From the NCBI GenBank assembly GCA_002269645.1, contig NIVC01000366.1, forward strand, positions 496,001 to 560,000: a stretch of DNA of 64,000 bases, read 5' to 3'. A model generated the notes under the pieces. That model was given only the letters and a program-made list of their open reading frames with translations. It had not been told where the DNA came from and made no database searches. Position 1 is the first letter of the stretch. Each line of letters begins with the position of its first letter. This stretch comes from Macrostomum lignano. Its lineage: Eukaryota. Shown here one piece after another: positions 55,421 to 64,000 of this stretch. The position numbers and the translations under genes are program-made.

Positions 55421-56411
55421 CGAAATCATCGATAAAATGCTAAAGCACGGCATCATCAGCAAAGCTATTTCGGCTTACTCCTCACCGTGCCTACTGGTAC
55501 AGAAGAAGGAGACAAACGAAAGACGACTCGTATGCGACTTCAGACTGTTGAACAAGTACATACCGACGGATCAGCAAAGCCTACCGAAGATCTCCGAACT
55601 ACTAGCAAAGCTCAACACGGCAAAATTGTTCACGGTGTTCGACCTACGTCATGGATTTTGGCAAATTGAAATCGAGAAAGAGTCACGACAGTACACGGCT
55701 TTCAAAACCTACAATGGACAAGTATACGAGTACAATCGATCGCCGATGGGACTTAGCAACAGCCCAGCAACGATGAGTCGACTAACAGCATACATGCTAG
55801 CAGGATGCACGAACCTGCTGCACTATGTCGACGACATTTTAGCCTACGGAGAGGATTTCGAGCGACTCTACGAAGCTACGGAGAAGGCCCTAGCGCTCAT
55901 TCAACGCCAAGGTCTGAAGCTACAACCAACTAAATGCAAATTCTTCCGAGACAACGTGCGTTACCTGGGACATCAGGTGACAGCCAAAGGAATCTCACCG
56001 GACCCAGACAACGTGGAAAAGGTGAAGAAGTTTCCTACGCCAACCAGTATAACGAAGGTCCAATCATTCCTTGGACTTGCGCAATACTTCAGGAAGTTCT
56101 TACCTAACTTCGCAAAGACAGCAAAGCCACTGTACGACCTGCTCAAGTTCGACAAATGGAAGCAAGACAACTGGACACAGAGACAACAGGAAAGTTTCGA
56201 CGAAATCAAACGACAGCTGACATCAGACGCACTGCTACAGCATCCGGACTTCGACAAGCCCTTCATCATCGAGACAGACGCCTCAGGAACGGGACTCGGA
56301 GCAGTCCTACTACAGGAAACCGAGGACAAGAAGGAACGACCTATTGCTACGTCAGTCGAGCACTCAAACCAAATGAAACAAAGTGGTCAGCTACGGAACG
56401 AGAGCTACTAG
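55227..56411 (+). CDS. Reverse transcriptase plus start of RNase H (frameshifted continuation from about 55322)
   Basis: DFRLLNK, FDLRHGFWQI, PMGLSNSP, YVDD (55824), YLGH and ETDASGTGLGAVL. Confidence 0.95.
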   Translation: MTARLRNSKRGKFDSCCGSTTKPSAIMITTSDAKDIKQEIKLLPHTEPIQCKPYPIAKHLQQHFDEIIDKMLKHGIISKAISAYSSPCLLVQKKETNERRLVCDFRLLNKYIPTDQQSLPKISELLAKLNTAKLFTVFDLRHGFWQIEIEKESRQYTAFKTYNGQVYEYNRSPMGLSNSPATMSRLTAYMLAGCTNLLHYVDDILAYGEDFERLYEATEKALALIQRQGLKLQPTKCKFFRDNVRYLGHQVTAKGISPDPDNVEKVKKFPTPTSITKVQSFLGLAQYFRKFLPNFAKTAKPLYDLLKFDKWKQDNWTQRQQESFDEIKRQLTSDALLQHPDFDKPFIIETDASGTGLGAVLLQETEDKKERPIATSVEHSNQMKQSGQLRNESY

Positions 56412-58036
56412 GAGTCTTGTTCGCCCTGCGACAGTTTCATTACTACATCTATGGTTCTCCAATACAGACGATAGTACGCACGGATCATGCACCATTGACC
56501 TACGTCGTAACTACAAAAGGACAGACCAACAACCGACTCATCAGAATGACACTCAAGATCCAGGATTACAACTACAAACTCGTCTACAAACCAGGAATTA
56601 CCAACAAAGCCGCGGACGCCCTGTCAAGAGCCTATGAAGTCAACGCCATTCATCCAATCCCTAACATCAAGGAGTTGGTGGATGAAACCGAGCGCGACAA
56701 CTTCTACCAAGCGGTTAAAGACGACGACAAGAACATCAAACTCAGTCCCATGGAACGAAAATTCCTACGCAAGCAACGACAACACCTAACAATCAATAAG
56801 TCACGGCTCTACTGGATGAGCGACAATAAACCCAAGATCTACATACCATATTCGTTTCGGCAAGCAATTCTCAACGAGCTACACGACAACCCACTCGCTG
56901 GACACCTGTCGGCAGCAAAGACCATCGCGAGAGTGGAACAATACTACTTTTGGCCAACTATGTACGGCGACATCAAGCAGTATTGCAACAACTGCCATTC
57001 ATGTGCTGCATCAAAGACAGGACGACGACAGAAACCGCAGCTACAGTCCATTCCGAAGTCGACTACAATGGACTGTCTAAGCATCGACATCACCGGACCG
57101 CTACCACCGAGCTGTCTCCAGGGCATCGCCTACACCTACATTCTAACCGCCTTGGATATCTTCTCGAAGTTTGCTATCGCCATACCGATACCGGACATCA
57201 CAGCTCAGACAGTGGCAATGAGTTTCTTCAACGAAATCATTTGCAAGTACGGCACGCCGAAGAACCTCACATCGGACAACGGATCGCAGTTTACATCGCA
57301 ACTGTTTCAGCAAGTCGTAAGGATTCTCAACATTACGCAGATCTACACATCGACCTACAATCCGAAGGCAAACATGGTTGAACGGTTTCACCGCAACCTG
57401 CACGAGATGATTACACATTTCGCGCACCAACAGCCGGAAGACTGGATCATCTACCTGCAATCTGTAACAATGGCCTACAACAGCGCTATTCATCGATCAA
57501 CGGACAATACGCCATTCTTCCTAATGTTTGGACGAGACTTCCAACCGCCGAATCTGCTCGCACAGCAATTGCTACCATCGCAGTACGTGGAAGTACCGAC
57601 TTCCATTCAGAAATTCGTCACGCAACTACACCTCGCATGGAAGATCGCCAAGCACAACATTGACAACCAGGTGGCTCTGACCACCGGCAACGACGCGAGA
57701 TCGACAACCCTGACGGCCGGCGACATCGTCTACCTACACTACCCGCCACAGCAGACGCATAAACATGCACAGAAGTACAAAGGACCCTATCGAGTGGTCC
57801 AACTAACGTCACCAACAACGGCACGCCTGGCTAATGTACAAGATCCACATCAGCACCAGTTCTACGTACACATTCATCGACTAAAGAAGATCAACACTGA
57901 CACAGCGACGTTTCTACCGACATTAGACAACGCTGATCGCACGCGTTCAACGAACCGCCACATCGCGACGAAGCACGAGGAGACTCAAACGACAGATGTG
58001 AGCCAGCCACATGGCTACAACCTACGACCACGCTAG
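56156..58036 (+). CDS. RNase H C-terminal part plus integrase (true frame from about 56348)
   Basis: SRAL..W...ERELL, TDH, ADALSR, HHCC Zn finger, DDE triad (IDITG, SDNGSQF, VERFHR) and GPY motif. Confidence 0.95.
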   Translation: MEARQLDTETTGKFRRNQTTADIRRTATASGLRQALHHRDRRLRNGTRSSPTTGNRGQEGTTYCYVSRALKPNETKWSATERELLGVLFALRQFHYYIYGSPIQTIVRTDHAPLTYVVTTKGQTNNRLIRMTLKIQDYNYKLVYKPGITNKAADALSRAYEVNAIHPIPNIKELVDETERDNFYQAVKDDDKNIKLSPMERKFLRKQRQHLTINKSRLYWMSDNKPKIYIPYSFRQAILNELHDNPLAGHLSAAKTIARVEQYYFWPTMYGDIKQYCNNCHSCAASKTGRRQKPQLQSIPKSTTMDCLSIDITGPLPPSCLQGIAYTYILTALDIFSKFAIAIPIPDITAQTVAMSFFNEIICKYGTPKNLTSDNGSQFTSQLFQQVVRILNITQIYTSTYNPKANMVERFHRNLHEMITHFAHQQPEDWIIYLQSVTMAYNSAIHRSTDNTPFFLMFGRDFQPPNLLAQQLLPSQYVEVPTSIQKFVTQLHLAWKIAKHNIDNQVALTTGNDARSTTLTAGDIVYLHYPPQQTHKHAQKYKGPYRVVQLTSPTTARLANVQDPHQHQFYVHIHRLKKINTDTATFLPTLDNADRTRSTNRHIATKHEETQTTDVSQPHGYNLRPR

Positions 58037-58156
58037 AGTTTAGAGAACAACCCCGTGTAGTGACCGGGATAAAGAATAGCACTACAGCTTCGCAAGCTTG
58101 TCGTAAAAGGCGACTAATCCGAGCGACACAAAGACAGCGACAAATTGACGACAATT

Positions 58157-58531
58157 ATGGGCAACGCACTGTCAAAACAGGCGCCCCAGCCTCAGCAGCT
58201 ATATGACTGCCCGATATGTTTAACTGATGACTTGGCTGTCAAGCCACCGACTATTTGCATCAACGAACATAAAGTTTGCGGACAATGTTTAAGCGATTCA
58301 CATTATATTCAGCCATGGCAGAATTGTCCCCTCTGTAGAGATAGTTTGCGACAATGTGCCTATTGTTATTCTTGGCGCACGTTTCAATATTGTAACCACC
58401 AACATTTTATTTGCATGCACTGTTTGAAGCAAACCGCTAGTAGGGGCGTTATAGGATGCCCCTTATGTAATAGTATGCCGCGAGACTGCACGTTTCGAAA
58501 GTGGTGTCGGATCAAACCTGATGCCACTTGA
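58157..58531 (+). CDS. Accessory ORF: tandem RING-like Zn fingers with N-terminal myristoylation motif (124 aa)
   Basis: ATTATGG Kozak context; MGNALS; CPIC..CINEHKVCGQC..CPLCR; CAYC..CNHQHFICMHC..CPLC. Confidence 0.8.
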   Translation: MGNALSKQAPQPQQLYDCPICLTDDLAVKPPTICINEHKVCGQCLSDSHYIQPWQNCPLCRDSLRQCAYCYSWRTFQYCNHQHFICMHCLKQTASRGVIGCPLCNSMPRDCTFRKWCRIKPDAT

Positions 58532-58696
58532 TGTCTACGCGATATTCGAGTTTTGACCGCAATATGTACTGAAAAGTTTTTAGAGTTTTGACCAAACCCT
58601 CGCTTCACTAGACGCGCACAAAATCAATTGTTTATTTCCTATATTAACTGATCACCACAGAATTTTATTGTTAAAACTCGGGACGAGTTTTTTCGT

Positions 58697-58708
58697 AAAA
58701 AAGGGAGA
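58697..58708 (+). promoter_or_regulatory. Polypurine tract
   Basis: AAAAAAGGGAGA immediately before the 3' LTR. Confidence 0.8.
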
Positions 58709-58711
58709 TTT

Positions 58712-59575
58712 TGTAGAGTGTTCTACCTCCCGTTAAAAAAGGAAAAAAGAAGATAATCGTATAATACTACTATAAGTAAGTAAGTACACGCATGTGCGCC
58801 TAAGCTTTGAATGAATCACGCTACCAGAAAAAGATGTTACCAGAATAATACGCCATGAGCCATTTTCCCCTTTTAGCGCAACACGTGAATTGTCATGATA
58901 CTATTTTGGATCAAAAACTTGTCTATAAATACAAGCGATCTGAAGCGGTACCGGAGCCATTCTCCCCACGGAAGAGGAGCGCTCCGAAGAGGAAGCCTTA
59001 GGAGGACTTCCTGATCTACCAAGTCAATCGAGACTCGGTCGAGTTGTTGCGGTAAGCCTTCCTTATTTGCGCCCGTTGTGTTAGAGACGTCTCGCTCAAG
59101 TCTATTGAGACTTGAGTCTAATTGAGTCTGTTGAGACTCTTGAGTCTGTTTAGACTCCATTGGTTGCAGTCTCCAGAAGGACTGCCCCTGATAGATCTTA
59201 GAGGACTATCAGTGGTTTCCGGAGCTATACCTAGAGTGCATAGAGGCACTGCTAGAAGAAGGAGGCTTAATTTAGACCGCAGTTTGGCGCAGGGTACCCA
59301 TTGTTGCTACGAGGCCTCTGATTGGTCCTGACGGAAGATACCGGCCGGAAGAACTTATCGGAAGTACAAGAGGAACCAGGACCAGAGCAACTGAAGAATC
59401 AAGGCGCCTGATCTACGAGATCTACTGACAAGTTCCTAGCGAGAACTACTCAAGAAATTCAAATCCGGATTAAAGGTAATTGAATACCTTCGTTTGACTT
59501 ACTGGGTTGCCTAGCTGTTGAGCTAGAAGTGATTGTTCCTTGATTATCGAAAGTCGGGTAATAAGGAACACATCA
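58712..59575 (+). repeat. 3' LTR
   Basis: Near-identical copy of 48963-49826. Confidence 0.96.
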
Positions 59576-59902
59576 CCTTGGGGTAATAAAGTTTGCCAAC
59601 CCCTGCTCTAGGTTCTTTATCTGGCCCTTGGGGTAATAAAGTTTGCCAACCCCTGCTCTAGGTTCTTTATCTGGCCCTTTGGGTAATAAAGTTTGCCAAC
59701 CCCTGCTCTAGGTTCTTTATCTGGCCCTTGGGTAATAAAGTTTGCCAACCCCTGCTCTAGGTTCTTTATCTGGCCCTTGGGGTAATAAAGTTTGCCAACC
59801 CCTGCTCTAGGTTCTTTATCTGGCCCTTGGGTAATAAAGTTTGCCAACCCCTGCTCTAGGTTCTTTATCTGGCCCTTGGGTGAAAAAGTTTGCCGACCCC
59901 TG
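59576..59902. repeat. ~50-bp tandem array of MITE 3' ends
   Basis: GGGTAATAAAGTTTGCCAACCCCTGCTCTAGGTTCTTTATCTGGCCCTTG, about 6 units. Confidence 0.93.
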
Positions 59903-60039
59903 ACTTATATGTATTGTATGTACACAGCTTGTGTGTGCTCAGGACCATGTCGCTGGTTGTGGTACCATGTCGCCAAAGGCGTTGCACCAGGGGTGCCCAA
60001 AAGTCCGTTTAGCTTTGTCCGTTAATCCACGAAATGGAT

Positions 60040-60275
60040 GTTCAAATATTTTTTAGGTGACTGGGCAGTTCGGACACTTGCCGGGGCAGCCCAAATGCCG
60101 CCACACACACAGCCTCAGTTACCACCAGCTAATGCTGGCACCCATTTTTACAGCTGGGTGAACTGCAGCAATGCAGAGTTAAGTGTCTTGCTCAAGGCAC
60201 AAATTGTTCCGAATGGGTCGGGAATCGAACCCCCGACCTTCCAGTCGTAAGTCCAGTCCCTAGTAATAGACGTGA
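60040..60275 (-). mobile_element. tRNA-derived SINE with a MetaSINE-like central domain
   Basis: B-box GGTTCGATTCCC (60220-60231, minus strand), followed by GTGCCTTGAGCAAGACACTT..CACCCAGCTGTAAAAATGGGT. Boundaries are approximate. Confidence 0.7.
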
Positions 60276-60699
60276 TACAGAGTACAAAAGTAAAATAATG
60301 GACACTTCTTATAGGCGTCAAGCTGGCTTCCATTCCAGCGGCGCAGTTGGCAGAAGTCCCTGGCGCAACCTACAAAAAACCATGAAAGAGCCCCCTGACC
60401 CAATACTTCTCTGTTTTCGCGTAAAAAAACAGGACGACAAAAGCGGAAAGCTCAGGTCAGACTTCCCATCTAAGCATAGTTGTACTGTTGGAGATTTATG
60501 ACCAACTGTAAAAAGTGAACTCTGCTCACCGGTTCGGATAGACCAGCTTGTTTTCAACCCCCGCCCTGCCCCATTATTTTCTGATTGCGAATGCAGTCAA
60601 CCGCAAATTAAAAAATACAGTTACCTGAGTTTGACAACACAGTTATTGTATCTCAGCTACAGGGCCAAACAAACAAACTGGCTTACCTCGGGTCAGATC

Positions 60700-61990
60700 A
60701 GCATACTCGAATTCCCCTCAGATCCCAAATACTAGAATTTCCCGGAGATCCCAAGTACCTGAATTCCCCTGAGATCCCAAATACCGAAATTCCCCTCAGA
60801 TCCCAAATACCGGAATTCCCCTCAGATCCCAAATACCAGAATTCCCCTCAGATCCCAAATACCAGAATTCCCCTCAGATCCCAAATACCGAAATTCCCCT
60901 CAGATCCCAAATATCAGAATTCCCCTCAGATCCCAAATACCAGAATTCCCCTCAGATCCCAAATACCAGAATTCCCCTCAGATCCCAAATACCAGAATTC
61001 CCCTCAGATCCCAGATACCAGAATTCCCCTCAGATCCCAGATACCAGAATTCCCCTCAGATCCCAGATACCAGAATTCCCCTCAGATCCCAGATACCAGA
61101 ATTCACCTCAGATCCAAAATAACAGAATTCCCCTCAGATCCCAGATACTCGAATTCCCCTGAGATCCCAAGTACCTGAATTCCCCTCAGATCCCAAATAC
61201 CAGAATTCCCTTCAGATCCCAAATACCAGAATTCCCGTCAGATCCCAACTACCCGAATTCCCCTGAGATCCCAAATACCAAAATTGCCCTCAGATCCAAG
61301 ATCCCAGAATTCCCCTCAGATCCCAAATACCAAAATGCCCCTCAGATCCCAGATACCAGAATTCCCCTCAGATCCCAAATACCAAAATGCCCCTCAGATC
61401 CCAGATACCAGAATTCCCCTCAGATCCCAAATACCAGAATTCCCCTCAGATCCCAAATACTCGAATTCCCCTTGAGATCCCAACTACCGAATTCCCCTCA
61501 GATCCCAAATACTCAACTTCCCCTGAGATCCCAACTACCCGAATTCCCCTCAGATTCCAAATACCAGAATTCCTCTGAGATCCCAAATACCAGAATTCCC
61601 CTTAGATCTGAAATACCAGAATTACCCTCAGATCCCAAATACTCGAATTCCCCTCAGATCCCAAATACCAGAATTCCCCTCAGATCCCAAATACTCGAAT
61701 TCCCCTTGAGATCCCAACTACCGAATTCCCCTCAGATCCCAAATACTCAACTTCCCCTGAGATCCCAACTACCCGAATTCCCCTCAGATTCCAAATACCA
61801 GAATTCCTCTGAGATCCCAAATACCAGAATTCCCCTTAGATCTGAAATACCAGAATTACCCTCAGATCTGAAATACCAGAATTCCCCTCAGATCTCAAAT
61901 ACCAAAATTCGATCTCCAATACCAAAATTCCCCTCAGATCTCAAATACCAAAATTCCCCTCAGATCCCACATACCAGAATTCGCCCGAGA
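60700..61990. repeat. 26-bp minisatellite (CCAGAATTCCCCTCAGATCCCAAATA)
   Basis: About 48 units with a longer internal duplication near 61470-61870. Confidence 0.95.
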
Positions 61991-62634
61991 TCCTACAAAA
62001 AGTGCATGTGGCGCCAATATAAGTGTCTGCGGTGCTAATGAGTACTAACAACACCAATTCCAAAATTAGTATTTTAGATTTTGGATTCTCGATTTCGTTC
62101 CCCCATCACCATGCATCCATAAAATGAATGTTGCTCGCCTGTGTACGGCTAAATGAGGCACAAGGAAATATTCCGTTTTCCGGTTCACACAGGAAAGTTT
62201 CCCTAGTAGGAGTCCTTGTCCTTGCACTTTGCTCGTATAATGTTCTTGTAATTGAGTTGGACTGGCGCCAGGCTTCAACCCCAGGCCTCTGCTACCAGAC
62301 ACATTGCCCTAAAAAAACTTGGTAGAATGGTAGAAGGGTGTAAGGTTTCCCGTTCCCATCACCTTTTCCAACAAACAAAGACTCATGTTTCAGTACGGAA
62401 AGATACATATGATATAAGCCTACGGGTTTTCCGGTTTTCTTATCTATAATTTCGTTTCATCTGCACTTCTGCACTCTAAAATACGAGTACCATGGAAAAC
62501 TGTGTACTAGGGCTTGTCTTGAAATTCAGTCGATTTTTATGCTGCAAGTTGCAACTGATTAACTAAGCAGACTGTTGCGAAGGGGCATTGTGGACACGCG
62601 GTAAGAGGGACACTTAAGGCAACAAGAAAACCAA

Positions 62635-62665
62635 CAGACACACAGACAGAGGCTGACAGTCAGTC

Positions 62666-62706
<41 letters not shown>

Positions 62707-62815
62707 CAGGCAGACAGACAGACAGACACAGGCCGACAGACAGACACAGGCCGACAGACAGACAGAACATCAGAAAGACAGACAGACAAACACCAGAAAG
62801 ACAGACAGACACAGG
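62635..62815. repeat. (GACA)n microsatellite
   Basis: Directly visible in the sequence. Confidence 0.9.
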
Positions 62816-63364
62816 CAAACGGTGATAAAAGGGCAGTTCAACACAGAAGAGCATTCATTAATTGAATACAAAACCGGACTCCAAACTACATTGCGGAATA
62901 TGAATTCAGCCGTTTTTAGTTCAAAGTTCAATCTAGGTTCAATTGAAACAGCTTAGACTCTAGACTCTAGAGGCTAGAGCACCCGAGTACCTGAATATAG
63001 CAACCCCAGAGGCTAAATTGCTTTGTTCTGCACAAAGAACAGAATGGCAGGCCAGGCCAGCGTGCAAGGCGTTTAGTGTCCATGGTTCAGGCCGTGGGGT
63101 TCTATTATGCACGGACTGAGTGATCAAAGAGGCGCCGCCGCAGCCACCAACAGCCTTTGTTTCTTATACGGTATAAGAAAATTTCTCGAAGGGGATTTAA
63201 TTGTAATGGTTTAATTTCCCGGAAAAAGGCGTTATATCGTACATTTGTCTATACAGAACAGGTTGTGAGATGCCATCCTCAACCCTCATGGCACCCCTCT
63301 GCTAACTACTCGTAATAATGATTATGCCTTTGTATAAGCAACTCCTGAGCAGTCGATTCCATAA

Positions 63365-63905
63365 AAGGCGATTTTCTAAGATGCAGTTCCTTTTGAGGCG
63401 ATCTTCTAAGATGCAGGTCCTAAAGAGGCGATCTTCTAAGATGCAGGTCCTAAAGAGGCGATTTTCTAAGATGCAGTTCCTTATGAGGCGATCTTCTAAG
63501 ATGCAGGTACTAAAGAGGCGATCTTCTAAGATGCAGGTCCTAAAGAGGCGATCTTCTAAGATGCAGGTCCTAAAGAGGCGATCTTCGTAGATGCAGTTCC
63601 TTAAGAGGCGATCTTCTTAGATGCAGTTCCTTAAGAGGCGATCTTCTTAGATGCAGTTCCTGCAGAGGCGATTTTCTAAGATTCAGTTCCTTAATAGGCG
63701 ATCTTCTAAGATGCAGTTCCTTAAGAGGCGATCTTCTTAGATGCAGTTCCTTAAGAGGCGATCTTCTAAGATGCAGTTCCTAAAGAGGCGATCTTCTAAG
63801 ATGCAGTTCCTTAAGAGGCGATCTTCTAAGATGCAGTTCCTTAAGAGGCGATCTTCTAAGATGCAGGTACTAAAGAGGCGATCTTCTAAGATGCAGTTCA
63901 TAAAA
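63365..63905. repeat. 30-bp minisatellite (GAGGCGATCTTCTAAGATGCAGTTCCTTAA)
   Basis: About 18 units. Confidence 0.95.
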
Positions 63906-64000
63906 AGCGACTTTTTAAGATGGGATAAAAAGTTTCTTAAAATAATAAGAGCTGCCTTGTCATAGAAGATTATCTTTGTTGAAAAGAAACAGATTGAGCA

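Larger units (their letters stand above)
48963..59575 (+). mobile_element. Ty3/Gypsy LTR retrotransposon with env-like gene (endogenous-virus-like), 10.6 kb
   Basis: Two 864-bp TG...CA LTRs (offset 9749), 4-bp TSD CCTT (48959-48962, 59576-59579), PBS-like TGGTGATC, a PPT, and PR-RT-RH-IN domain order. Confidence 0.97.
48604..59902 (+). mobile_element. Charlie-like hAT MITE interrupted by the LTR element (48604-48962 and 59576-59902)
   Basis: 5' CAGGGGTCGGCAAGCT and 3' AGTTTGCCGACCCCTG TIRs, CT-rich interior, and tandemly amplified 3' end. Confidence 0.7.

Noticed and set aside
61284-62038. PQIP/SQIPEF repeat ORFs
   Set aside because: Translations of the 26-bp minisatellite.
63318-63965. KRRSSKMQ repeat ORFs resembling protamine or NLS arrays
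   Set aside because: A 30-bp minisatellite; other units contain stops and there is no gene context.

Overview
Eukaryotic (animal) genomic DNA. Minisatellite-filled introns and the repeat style are reminiscent of a flatworm such as Macrostomum, which is an inference only. Two convergent host genes can be reconstructed with GT-AG introns and consistent phases: a 6-exon F-box/WD40 gene resembling FBXW4/dactylin (+, 11907-30049) and a 4-exon MPPED-like metallophosphoesterase with degenerate metal ligands (-, 41494-35372). Most of the window is mobile DNA: a Merlin deletion derivative, a full-length hAT whose transposase is spliced to a signal peptide plus lamin-tail-like domain, an EnSpm/CACTA-type element with a BEN-like second gene, an apparently intact piggyBac, several hAT MITEs and a tRNA-SINE. 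The standout is a young 10.6-kb Ty3/Gypsy LTR element (48963-59575). It carries a herpes gB/chuvirus-G-like (class III) glycoprotein in frame between Gag and protease, a cluster of ESCRT late-domain motifs (LYPSI, PTAP, PPNY) after the membrane anchor, and a separate myristoylation-motif tandem-RING ORF before the 3' LTR. Together these suggest an enveloped endogenous virus with an unusual gag-env-pol polyprotein. All family assignments come from motif recognition by eye, not database searches.
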